The notes beneath the pieces are model-generated. The model was given only the letters and a program-made list of their open reading frames with translations, searched no databases and was not told the DNA's origin. DNA of 64,000 nt. Origin: an uncultured Gemmatimonadales bacterium. GTDB taxonomy: Bacteria > Gemmatimonadota > Gemmatimonadetes > Gemmatimonadales > GWC2-71-9. Within the stretch, counting starts at the first letter, position 1. The number at the start of each line of letters is the position of its first letter. The DNA lies in NCBI GenBank assembly GCA_963739455.1, contig CAVUAK010000002.1, forward strand, positions 416,001 to 480,000, read 5' to 3'. Positions 1 through 10,364 of the stretch are shown here, one piece after another. The translations under genes and the position numbers were made by a program.

Positions 1-445
1 CGATGATGTCCACTGCCCCGGACCGGACGAGGATCTCCACGATCTCCAGCGCCTGCTCACCAGTGTCCGGCTGTGACACGAGGAGGTTTTCCACGTCCAC
101 GCCCAGCTTGCGCGCGTACTCGACATCGAGGGCATGCTCCGCATCGACATACGCGGCGACGCCACCAGCCTTCTGCACGTTGGCCACCAGGTGGAGACAG
201 AGCGTCGTCTTGCCGGATGACTCGGGGCCGTAGATCTCGCTGATGCGGCCGCGCGGGATTCCGCCGACACCGATCGCCGCGTCGAGGTTGATGGCGCCGG
301 TGGGAATGACGGCGATCCGCTCGCGCGGCGAATCGGAGCCCATGCGCATGATGGATCCCTTACCGAGCTGCTTTTCGATCTGGGAGATGGCAAGGGTGAG
401 CGCCTTGCGCCGGTCGGCTTCGAGCCGGGTCTCATCAACGGCCAT
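1..445 (-). CDS. recA: Recombinase A, 5' part (runs off window)
   Basis: Manual translation from ATG 445: [36 protein letters not shown]...[21 protein letters not shown]...YVDAEHALD...[15 protein letters not shown]. Not in the ORF track because it is truncated. Confidence 0.98.
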   Translation of the reverse strand, partial: MAVDETRLEADRRKALTLAISQIEKQLGKGSIMRMGSDSPRERIAVIPTGAINLDAAIGVGGIPRGRISEIYGPESSGKTTLCLHLVANVQKAGGVAAYVDAEHALDVEYARKLGVDVENLLVSQPDTGEQALEIVEILVRSGAVDII

Positions 446-495
446 AGTGCCCTCTACATGTGTGGAGTGTTTTGATTCATTTTATTGCTCCAGAC

Positions 496-524
496 AATCT
501 AAAGCCGAAGATCAGCCGAAGCAA
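496..524 (-). promoter_or_regulatory. sigma70-type recA promoter with overlapping direct-repeat operator
   Basis: Minus strand TTGCTT-17 nt-TAGATT; TTCGG-CTGATC-TTCGG (505-520) overlaps the -35 and fills the spacer. Confidence 0.6.
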
Positions 525-560
525 TAGTCAAGATGTGACCTATTTTGAGCCACATGCCAG

Positions 561-968
561 CTACTTGTCTATCCGCCACGCGTCAGGGATGTGGTGCACC
601 TCTGGAGGCCGCCCGGACCGGTCCAGGACCTCCACCACATCAAACCTGAAGTTGTCCCCCCACCGACCGTTCCGAAGCGCCCAGACAGCGGCCACGCGCG
701 CGATGGTGCGTCGCTTCTTCCAGCCGATCGACTCCACCGGCGCCCCGTAACGCAGCGACCGGCGGGTCTTCACCTCCACGAATGCCACCACATTGTGCCG
801 GCGGATGATGAGGTCCAGGTCGTGGCGGCCGAGGCGGAAGCGATGCGCCTCGATGACCCAGCCACAGGAAACCAGGTAGGCGAGCGCAACCAGTTCGCCG
901 CGCAGTCCACGCACCTGACGCGGGTCGGTCCATTCGCTGGGCGGGATGCGGGCGGCGTGAGCGGTCAT
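561..968 (-). CDS. yraN: YraN (UPF0102) family endonuclease-like protein
   Basis: GLRGELVALAYL...DLDLI...VAFVEVKTR...FRFDVVEV...HIPDAW; start placed at ATG 968. Confidence 0.9.
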   Translation of the reverse strand: MTAHAARIPPSEWTDPRQVRGLRGELVALAYLVSCGWVIEAHRFRLGRHDLDLIIRRHNVVAFVEVKTRRSLRYGAPVESIGWKKRRTIARVAAVWALRNGRWGDNFRFDVVEVLDRSGRPPEVHHIPDAWRIDK

Positions 969-1142
969 GGACAACAGAATGCTGCGGGACGTCGAGTCCC
1001 GCGGCACCGTTTCCACGCGCCGAGTGTGAAGAAAGCGTGTGAGGGTCGCAGGTCATGGGACGATCGTCCCCTAGCTGCGGAGGCAGGCTCGCGCTATCAC
1101 CACAGGGGACAATCAGGCGTGTCCGGTGACAGGGAGGTTCGC

Positions 1143-1640
1143 ATGCGCCGACCGACGCTCGCGTTTGCGGCAGTGCTGCTGATGGTCGTGTGTCCTCGGC
1201 GGGTGCACGCACAAGTGCATGTCGACGCTCGGGCCGGAATCGGCATCGTCTTTGGGGGGAGCAACGGAACAGAACTCAGTGGCTTGTTTGGCCTTGGGAT
1301 GGGGGCCGGCCGCTTTCACGGCCGCCTCGATCTTCTCGCCAACGGCGGCGGGCCTGCCGAAGAGTGGGTGGCGAACGTGGCGCTGCAGGTCGACGTGCTG
1401 CGTGGCCCGGTGCACAAGCCAACCCTCTATCTGCTGGCCGGGATCGGCATCGTGAGCCCGTCCTCGATCTTCGGCAGCGATGAGTACGCCGTTTTCATCA
1501 CCGCTGCGGGATTGCAGTTCCCGCTGACGGGTGTGCTGGGACTCTTCAGCGAACTGCGCGGCTACTTCGCGCTCAGTCCACCGCCCTCCGGGACCTCATT
1601 CGGGACGCTGCACGCCGGGATCCGAGTGGGCGCGCCCTGA
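1143..1640 (+). CDS. Exported hypothetical protein, probable small outer-membrane beta-barrel
   Basis: GGGAGG RBS; signal peptide MRRPTLAFAAVLLMVV..VHA|Q; alternating beta-strand pattern; ends LHAGIRVGAP. Confidence 0.6.
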   Translation: MRRPTLAFAAVLLMVVCPRRVHAQVHVDARAGIGIVFGGSNGTELSGLFGLGMGAGRFHGRLDLLANGGGPAEEWVANVALQVDVLRGPVHKPTLYLLAGIGIVSPSSIFGSDEYAVFITAAGLQFPLTGVLGLFSELRGYFALSPPPSGTSFGTLHAGIRVGAP

Positions 1641-1652
1641 TCGGCCCCTGCG

Positions 1653-2710
1653 CTACTCCACGAGGGCCCGGCGCACCTCGGGAGCGTACTCCTGTATCAG
1701 GCGACGCAGCGTGATCGTGATGGGCACGGCGAGCACGATGCCCACCGGGCCAAGGACGAAGTTCCAGAAGACCAGCGAGAGAAAGATTGCGACGATCCGA
1801 GATCTCAAAGCCCTTCTGCATCAGCCGTGGCTTGATGATGTCACCCAGGAGGCTGTTGGAGACAGATGAACAGGACCGCGAAGAGAAGGGTCCGCTCGAC
1901 CCCCTGCTCGAGCAGCACCAGCAGCAGCACCGGGGCAACGGCGAGTGGTCCGCCAATGGTCGGCACGAAGCTCAGCACGAAGAAGAGCACCACCCAGGTC
2001 GCGATGTACGGCACCCCGATCACCTTGAGCAGGACGAAGTAGACCACGGCGCCGATGAGGCCCATGATGGCGTTGATGCCGACGTACTTCTGGATGTCGC
2101 CTGCCAGTCTCGCCGAAGCGCACGAGTGAGGTGCGCTCGCCCGCTGCGCGGGCCGACGTCCGGTTCCCCGGAACAGTGACATGAACTCGATCAGCAGGAA
2201 GGTGGTGATCAGCAGGATGAAGAAGCTGTGCCCAGGTCGGCGAGGACCGACTCCGACGATCCCCGCCGCCGGCTTGACGAGCCTTCGGGCTCGAGCGATT
2301 CGACGCTGCAGCAGCTTCGAGGTGTCCACGCCGTAGCCCTGCAGCACGCCGAACAGCTGGTCCCGGAGGCCGAGGTAACGCTGGTTGTATTCCGGCAGGT
2401 TGCCCGACAGCTCCGACATCGAGCCGATCACCAGGAAGATCACCAGCTGCCGCCGCCGATGAAGACCACGAGGAGGGTGAGCACGATCGCCAGCGCCCGC
2501 GGCACGCGCCACAGGATGAGGGCTCGCGTGACCGGGAACAGCACCAGTGCCAGGAGCAGCGCGAAGAGGAAGCCGCTCAGGATCGGCGCCACCAGCCTTG
2601 AGTCCCGCCACGATGACGACGATGCACGCACCGGCCAGCAGGATGCGCAGCGGCCACGGGAGGCTCCAGCGCGTCTGGATCCCGTCGAGTTCGTTCATTC
2701 CGTTCGCCAT
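1653..2710 (-). CDS. AI-2E family transporter, multiply frameshifted
   Basis: Hydrophobic segments spread over several frames (ILSGFLFALLLALVLFP; LSFVPTIGGPLAVAP; IVLAVPITITLR); stop TAG at 1653-1655. Confidence 0.8.
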
Positions 2711-2725
2711 GGTCCTCCCAGGAGG

Positions 2726-4999
2726 CTACCGACAGTACTCATCGAGCTGATCGAACCCGATCAGCACTTCGCGGGGCTTGCTGCCGTCGGGCGGGCCGAG
2801 GATACCGGCCATGTGCAGCTGGTCGATGACGCGCGCCGCCCGGCCGTATCCGATGCTCAGCCGTCGCTGCAGCAGGGATGTCGAGCCCCCCTGGTTCTGG
2901 ATGCAGAGCTCGGCGGCCTCGCGGAACACCGCATCGCGCTTTTCGTCGCCCATGTCCCTGGGCCCACCCTCGGCCTCCGCCTCCTGGGCCCGGATGAGCG
3001 CAAGAATGTCGTCCTCGGGTCGGTCGGTGCCATCAGCGAGCTTGACCCGCCGGGCCTCGCGGCGAGCGGCATACCACTCCATGACGCGCTCACTCTCGTC
3101 CGTGGAAATGAATGCGCCCTGGATCCGCATCGGCTCGCTGCTGCCCGGCGGCAGGAACAGCATGTCACCATTGCCCAGCAGTGCCTCGGCGCCGTTGCCG
3201 TCGAGGATCGTGCGGCTGTCGACCTTGGACGCCACGCGGAACGCGATCCGGCTCGGAAAGTTTGCCTTGATCAGGCCGGTGATGACGTTCACCGACGGGC
3301 GCTGTGTTGCGAGAATGAGGTGGATCCCGATGGCACGCGCCTTCTGGGCGAGCATGGCGAGCGGCGTCTCCACCTCGCCCTGCACCGTCATCATGAGGTC
3401 GGCAAGCTCGTCGATGATCAGCACGATCATCGGGAGCACGCCTTCATTGTAGGTATCCGGCTCCGGCGGCGCGGGCGGCGTGTCAGGTGCCTCAGCCGCT
3501 ACCGACGTGATGGTCGGTCGCGCCTTGAGCGGATAGCGGAGGGTCTTGCCGTCCACGACCTTGCGATTGAAGTCGCTGAGGTTGCGCGCGCCATTGGCCT
3601 GCAGCAACTCGTACCGGCGATTCATCTCGAACACCGCCCACTTGAGCACGGCGGCGGCATCGTGGCTGTGCGTCACCACCTTGTGCCTCAGGTGGGGCAG
3701 CGTGTTGTACATGGAGAGCTCGACCATCTTGGGGTCGACCATCAGCAGCCGGAGCTCGCGCGGGGTGTAGCGATAGATGAGGCTGGTGATGACGCTGTTG
3801 ATCGCCACCGACTTGCCGGTGCCGGTGGCACCCGCGATCAGCAGGTGCGGCATCTTCGCCAGGTCGGCCACGATCGGCTTGCCGGTGAGGTCGCGACCGA
3901 GTGCGAGCGGGAGCATGCCGCGCGATCCATCCCACTCCGGCGACTCGAGCAGCTCACGCAGGGTGACCATGCGTGCCTTGGGGTTCGGCACCTCGACGCC
4001 GACGGCCCCCTTCCCCGGAATGGGCGCGACGCGAATGGAGGCGGCACGCATTGCCATCGCGAGGTCGTCTGCCAGTGCGACGATACGCTGTGCCTTCACC
4101 CCCGGTGCCGGCACCACCTCGAACTGCGTCACGACCGGGCCCGTCGTGCGCCCGGCAATCGTGCCCTCCACCTTGAACGTCCGGAGCGTCTCCAGCAGTG
4201 ACGCGCCGAGGCGGTCGAGCTGCGCCTCACCCAGGTCGGCGTCCTGCGCCACGGCAGGCGTGAGAAGCTCAAGAGGGGGAAGCTCGTCCTCGTCAGCGAT
4301 GCTGGCCGCTGTGTCCCGTGGTGCCGGCTTCGGCTTCTTTTCCTTCCTTGCCTTGCTGGCCGCTGGTGCAGCCGAGGCAATGACGTCGTCATCGTCATCT
4401 ACCACCGGGGTCACAACGGCTGCCGCCGCCCGCGCGAGGCGCTCCGCCACCTTCGGCTTCCGCTCCGTGGCTGGAGCCGCGACCGCTGGCGCACCGGCAG
4501 CTGCCGCCGCTCCGCCCCGCTCGAGCCGCTGCAGCGGGTGCCACGCCAGCGTCACCAGCGTGACGGCCGACAGTGCGAGGAAGCCGAGAATGACGGCACC
4601 GGCAACGCCGACAAAGTTCGGCATGTATACCGCGAAGAAGCCGGGCAGCCATCCCACGAGGTGACCAAGCGTGCTCGTGGAGTTGGTCAGGTCCGCTGCC
4701 GTAACACGGCCAAGCGTACCGAGCAGGTAGGGCACCAGCAGGCCGACTGCCGTGATCAGCAGCGCGGCGCGCTTCATGTCGAGTGATCCGAGGCGATCGA
4801 ACCCCGCCAGGGCGAGCGCCACGCCCAGCACCGGAAGGGCCAGTGCACCAAGGCCCAGTGCGCTCCACAAGCCGCCCCGCAGGAAGTCGCCCACCTGGCC
4901 GGTGAGGGGGAACGGAATGAGCGTGAGGCCGAGAAAGAGGCCGAGCCCGAGCGCGGCGAGGGCGCCCAGGCGACGACGATGTGTGCTGTCGGGGGTCAT
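2726..4999 (-). CDS. ftsK: DNA translocase FtsK
   Basis: N-terminal TM helices, MPHLLIAGATGTGKS, DELADLMM, ATQRPSV, gamma domain STSLLQRRLSIGYGRAAR. Confidence 0.97.
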   Translation of the reverse strand: MTPDSTHRRRLGALAALGLGLFLGLTLIPFPLTGQVGDFLRGGLWSALGLGALALPVLGVALALAGFDRLGSLDMKRAALLITAVGLLVPYLLGTLGRVTAADLTNSTSTLGHLVGWLPGFFAVYMPNFVGVAGAVILGFLALSAVTLVTLAWHPLQRLERGGAAAAAGAPAVAAPATERKPKVAERLARAAAAVVTPVVDDDDDVIASAAPAASKARKEKKPKPAPRDTAASIADEDELPPLELLTPAVAQDADLGEAQLDRLGASLLETLRTFKVEGTIAGRTTGPVVTQFEVVPAPGVKAQRIVALADDLAMAMRAASIRVAPIPGKGAVGVEVPNPKARMVTLRELLESPEWDGSRGMLPLALGRDLTGKPIVADLAKMPHLLIAGATGTGKSVAINSVITSLIYRYTPRELRLLMVDPKMVELSMYNTLPHLRHKVVTHSHDAAAVLKWAVFEMNRRYELLQANGARNLSDFNRKVVDGKTLRYPLKARPTITSVAAEAPDTPPAPPEPDTYNEGVLPMIVLIIDELADLMMTVQGEVETPLAMLAQKARAIGIHLILATQRPSVNVITGLIKANFPSRIAFRVASKVDSRTILDGNGAEALLGNGDMLFLPPGSSEPMRIQGAFISTDESERVMEWYAARREARRVKLADGTDRPEDDILALIRAQEAEAEGGPRDMGDEKRDAVFREAAELCIQNQGGSTSLLQRRLSIGYGRAARVIDQLHMAGILGPPDGSKPREVLIGFDQLDEYCR

Positions 5000-5022
5000 G
5001 TCGAAAGATACAAGGCGGGCCC

Positions 5023-5750
5023 TCAGGTAGCTCGCGCGATGTGACCATCTCTCATCACCGCTACCACCGGGAATTCATCCTGCCGCGCCGCAAGGCGAAC
5101 GTCCTCGCCGAAGCCGAGACCGGTCAGTCGTCGCCCCGCGCCGCTCTGTCGGAGGAGCCGGTCCCATCGGTTGCCATGATGACGTGCCAGCTGTACGACG
5201 GCGAGCGCCGCATCGCTGAGTTCGCGCCCGCGCACCCTGCCGGCCAGCACCGCGCGGAGAAACCGGCCCGCCGTGTAGGCATCGTCGAGGCCAAAGCCCC
5301 CCTCCCGCCCCGCGCACACTACCAGCAGGTCGTCGTCCTCCTCGAGCCGGGCTTGAGCCCGCGCCACCGTCACCGAGAAATTGGCGGCCGCCAATACGTG
5401 GACGTGCGTCGCGACCGCACTGGCGGCAAGCGCCGCGGTGCCGTTGGTGGTGCACAGCACCACGATGCGATCACGCACCGAGCGCTCCCGCATTTCCCTC
5501 GGGCTGTTCCCGAGGTCGAACCCGGGAATGCGGGCGCAATCGCGTTCCCCTGCCAGCACGGCACCTGGCAATCCAAGCGCCCGCTCCCTCGCCTGCTCGG
5601 GCGTGGCACAGGGGATCACCGACAGGGCGCCGTGGTGCAAGGCGGCACAGATCGTGGTGGTGGCGCGCAGGATGTCGACGACAAACACCGTTCGCCCGGC
5701 GAGCTGCTGGCGCGCCAGGTCAGCCGGGGTAAGCGCAACATCGAACGGCA

Positions 5751-5751
<1 letters not shown>
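5023..5751 (-). CDS. comB: 2-phosphosulfolactate phosphatase family protein
   Basis: VDILRATTTI, LAGER, DLGNSP, CTTNGT, DDAYTAG motifs. Confidence 0.9.
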
Positions 5752-7106
<1,355 letters not shown>

Positions 7107-7113
7107 CAGCGGT

Positions 7114-8283
7114 TCAGGCGCCGGCGCCAGCGGCCTTGCCGGCGCCGGTGATGTCGCTGAAGGTGCGGTCGGATGACCCCTCGATGCCCGAGATGCGCAG
7201 GGCGAACTCACTCGGGTTGCTCGAGTAGAAAAGCGCGCTCTCGTAGGACACGACCCCGTCCTTGTACCACTTCATCAGGGACTGGTCGAACGACTGCATG
7301 CCGTACGCCACCGAGCCCTCGGAGATGAGGTCCGGGATGCTGAGCTGCTTCTCGATGTCGCGGATGTTGTCTGCCACGGCCGCCGTGTTGATGAGCACCT
7401 CGCACGCCGGGGCACGGCCCCGGCCGTCCTTGCGCGGCACGAGGCGCAGGGACACGACTGCCTGCAGCGCCGTCGAGAGCAGCGAGCGGATCTCCTGGTG
7501 CTGGTGCGGCGGGTAGAACGAGATGACCCGGTTGATCGTCTGGGTCGCGTCGGTGGTGTGCAGCGTGCTGAACACGAGATGGCCCGTATCGGCGGCCTTG
7601 AGCGCCGTGTCGAGCGTCTCCATGTCGCGGATTTCGCCGATCAGGATGACGTCGGGGTCCTGCCGCAGTACGTGGCGCAGCGCCGAGGCGAAGCTCAGCG
7701 TGTCGCTTCCCACCTCGCGCTGCGAGATGTTGGCATTCACGTCGCGATGGAGGAACTCGATCGGGTCCTCGATGGTGATCACGTTCACGCGACGGTTCTG
7801 GTTCACGTGGTTGATCATCGCCGCGAGGCAGGTGGACTTGCCCGAGCCGGTCACGCCGGTCACCAGCACCAGGCCGCGCGCCCGCATGGAGATTTCCTCC
7901 AGCACCGGAGGGAGCGCCAGCTCGCGCACCGTCTTCACCTCGTACGGAATGGCACGGAAGGCGAACGCCAGCGTGCCGCGCTGCTGGTAGATGTTCGTGC
8001 GGAAGCGGCCGACACCCGGCACCCCGATGGCGAAGTCCGCCTCCTTCTTCTCGGCGAATTCCTTCACCTGCCGCGGCGTCATGATCTGTTCGGCCAGCAG
8101 CTTGAGGTCCTCGGGCTTGAGCGGCTGCATTTCCAGCGCCGTCAGCTCGCCGTTCAGGCGCACCGTCGGGTGCCGGCCAACCTTGAGCAGCAGGTCGGAG
8201 CCGTTTCGCTGGACCATCTGCGAAATGGCCTGCTTGAAGTTGAAGAGGGGCGCAGTCGCCCCCGCGGCGGTCGCATCAGCCAT
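7114..8283 (-). CDS. pilT: PilT/PilU-family type IV pilus retraction ATPase
   Basis: [54 protein letters not shown]; the PilT AIRNLIRE motif is replaced by AVADNIRD. Confidence 0.9.
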   Translation of the reverse strand: MADATAAGATAPLFNFKQAISQMVQRNGSDLLLKVGRHPTVRLNGELTALEMQPLKPEDLKLLAEQIMTPRQVKEFAEKKEADFAIGVPGVGRFRTNIYQQRGTLAFAFRAIPYEVKTVRELALPPVLEEISMRARGLVLVTGVTGSGKSTCLAAMINHVNQNRRVNVITIEDPIEFLHRDVNANISQREVGSDTLSFASALRHVLRQDPDVILIGEIRDMETLDTALKAADTGHLVFSTLHTTDATQTINRVISFYPPHQHQEIRSLLSTALQAVVSLRLVPRKDGRGRAPACEVLINTAAVADNIRDIEKQLSIPDLISEGSVAYGMQSFDQSLMKWYKDGVVSYESALFYSSNPSEFALRISGIEGSSDRTFSDITGAGKAAGAGA

Positions 8284-8827
8284 TCGGGTCTACCCGGTAC
8301 AGGACCTGGCCGTACTCAACCGGCGTGGCATCCTCGACGCACATCTCGCGGATGATGCCGGAGACCTCGGCCTCGATCTCGTTCATGATCTTCATCGCCT
8401 CGATGATGCACACCGTCTGCCCCGACGTGACGCGAGACCCGAGCTGCACATAGGCGTCTGCGCCCGGCTCGGGCGCGCGATAGTAGGTGCCAACCATCGG
8501 TGACCGGATCTCCTTCAGGGTCACCGAGGGAGCCGCCGCCTCGCCGCCGGCATGGACGGGCGCGGCATGGCTCGCCGGCGCATGATGACCTGGAGCCTGG
8601 TGGGTCGGCGCGGGCGCATGGAACACCTGCGGCGGCGCCACCGGGGCCAGTGCCGTTCGCGTGATGACCACCTTGGTACCGAAGAAACCTTGCACCTCGA
8701 TCGAGCCGATCTCGGGCGCCTCACGCAGCAGGTCGGTCAGGCGCTTCACATCCTTGAGCTCAATGGACTTGATACCCGGCATCGACTTGAGCAGCGTCGC
8801 GAGTTGCTTCATCTCCTCGGGCGTCAA
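8276..8827 (-). CDS. accB: Biotin carboxyl carrier protein
   Basis: SPMVGTYY, biotinylation motif EAMKIMNEIEA; TTG start with GGAGG RBS. Confidence 0.95.
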   Translation of the reverse strand: MTPEEMKQLATLLKSMPGIKSIELKDVKRLTDLLREAPEIGSIEVQGFFGTKVVITRTALAPVAPPQVFHAPAPTHQAPGHHAPASHAAPVHAGGEAAAPSVTLKEIRSPMVGTYYRAPEPGADAYVQLGSRVTSGQTVCIIEAMKIMNEIEAEVSGIIREMCVEDATPVEYGQVLYRVDPNG

Positions 8828-8854
8828 CGGCGACCTCCGTGCGATGGTACGGAA

Positions 8855-9934
8855 TCAGTGGAGTTCAAGCAGATCAATGCGACCATCTGACAGCAGCTCC
8901 GGACCGGATGGGCCCAGGTAGACATCGTCCTCCAGCCGCACGCCACCCCAGCCCGGAAGATAGATCCCCGGCTCGATGGTCACCACCGCGTGCAGCGGAA
9001 GGGGCAGCTCGTTGGTCTGCGAAAGCCGGGGCGCCTCATGGACTTCCAGCCCCAGCCCGTGCCCCAGCGAGTGGCCGAACGCCTCCCCGAAACCGCGGGC
9101 GGCGATGACGTCCCGGGCCAGAGAATCGGCCTCGCGGCCAGTCATCTGGGCCCGCACCTGGCTCCGGGCACGGACCTGCGCTTCCTGCACCAGTCCATAA
9201 ATGGTACGCTGTCGGTCGTCGGCCCGTCCGACCACCATCGTCCGGGTCAGGTCGGAGCAGTACCCGTCCAGTTGTGCCCCGAAGTCGACCAGCAACAGTT
9301 CGTTCGGCTGGATCTCGCGTGGGGTGGTGCGCGCATGCGGGAGCGCTGCGCGCGGACCGGACGCCACGATCGTTGGAAACGGATGCCACTCGGAGCCGCG
9401 CCGCCGGAGCGCAGACTCCAGCCGCGCCGCCACATCGAGCTCGCGATCGCCGGCACGCACCGTCGGCAGCACTTCCGCCAGCGCGTCCTGCGCCAGCGTG
9501 GCTGCGGCCCGGATCGCCTCCACCTCCTGCGGATCCTTGGCGGCGCGGAGGCGCTCCACCAGGTCGACAGTCGGAACCACCTGCGCCCGCGTAAGGCGGC
9601 TCAGTCGCTCGGCATCACGGGTGGTGAGCACATGCGACTCGACGCCCAGCCGCTCGACCGGTCGCTGGCCCAGCACGCGCCCCACCCGATCCCAGATCGA
9701 CACCGGATCGATCTGTACCTCCACGCCCGGTGCCTCGAGTGGTGCCTGCACCGCATAGCGGAAATCGGTGATCAGCATCGTGCCAGCCGCCCGGACCAGC
9801 AGCAGGCCCGCCGAACCCGAGAAGCCGGTGAGATACCGGATGTTGGGCAGGTGCGTCACGAGCAGCGCGTCGATACCGTCCTGCTCGAGCGCAGCTGCGA
9901 GCGCCGCGATGCGCCGTGGCCCCGGCGCGCTCAC
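8855..9934 (-). CDS. Xaa-Pro aminopeptidase (M24 family)
   Basis: NIRYLTGFSGS, YCSDLTRT, HSLGHGLGLEVHEAP, TIEPGIY, GVRLEDD. Confidence 0.93.
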   Translation of the reverse strand: MSAPGPRRIAALAAALEQDGIDALLVTHLPNIRYLTGFSGSAGLLLVRAAGTMLITDFRYAVQAPLEAPGVEVQIDPVSIWDRVGRVLGQRPVERLGVESHVLTTRDAERLSRLTRAQVVPTVDLVERLRAAKDPQEVEAIRAAATLAQDALAEVLPTVRAGDRELDVAARLESALRRRGSEWHPFPTIVASGPRAALPHARTTPREIQPNELLLVDFGAQLDGYCSDLTRTMVVGRADDRQRTIYGLVQEAQVRARSQVRAQMTGREADSLARDVIAARGFGEAFGHSLGHGLGLEVHEAPRLSQTNELPLPLHAVVTIEPGIYLPGWGGVRLEDDVYLGPSGPELLSDGRIDLLELH

Positions 9935-10362
9935 TGCAGGCGACCCGCGAGGGCCCGCAGGGCCATGCGGTAACCCTCGGCGCCGAAACCGCAGATGAAC
10001 CCCACCGCCAGGTCGGCGATGTGCGAGTGCCGGCGTGCTGCCTCGCGAGCGAAGAGGTTGCTGAGGTGCACTTCCACGAACGGCACCTGCACCGCCAGCA
10101 GCGCGTCGCGCAGGCCGAGGCTGGTATGGGTCAGGGCGCCGGCATTGATGACGGCGCCCTGGACCCGGCCCGCCAGCGCCTGGACCGCGTCGATGAACTC
10201 GCCCTCATGATTGGTCTGGAGCCACTCGAGTTCGACGCCCAGAACCTGGGCATCGGCGCGCAGCATCGCCTCGATTTCCGGGAGGGTTGTGCGACCGTAG
10301 ATCTCAGGCTCGCGCTGTCCCAGGAGATTCAGGTTGGGACCGTTGAGAACCGCGAGGCGCAT
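9931..10362 (-). CDS. aroQ: Type II 3-dehydroquinate dehydratase
   Basis: LNGPNLNLLGQREPEIYG, NAGALTHTS, EVHLSN. Confidence 0.97.
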   Translation of the reverse strand: MRLAVLNGPNLNLLGQREPEIYGRTTLPEIEAMLRADAQVLGVELEWLQTNHEGEFIDAVQALAGRVQGAVINAGALTHTSLGLRDALLAVQVPFVEVHLSNLFAREAARRHSHIADLAVGFICGFGAEGYRMALRALAGRLQ

Positions 10363-10364
10363 GA

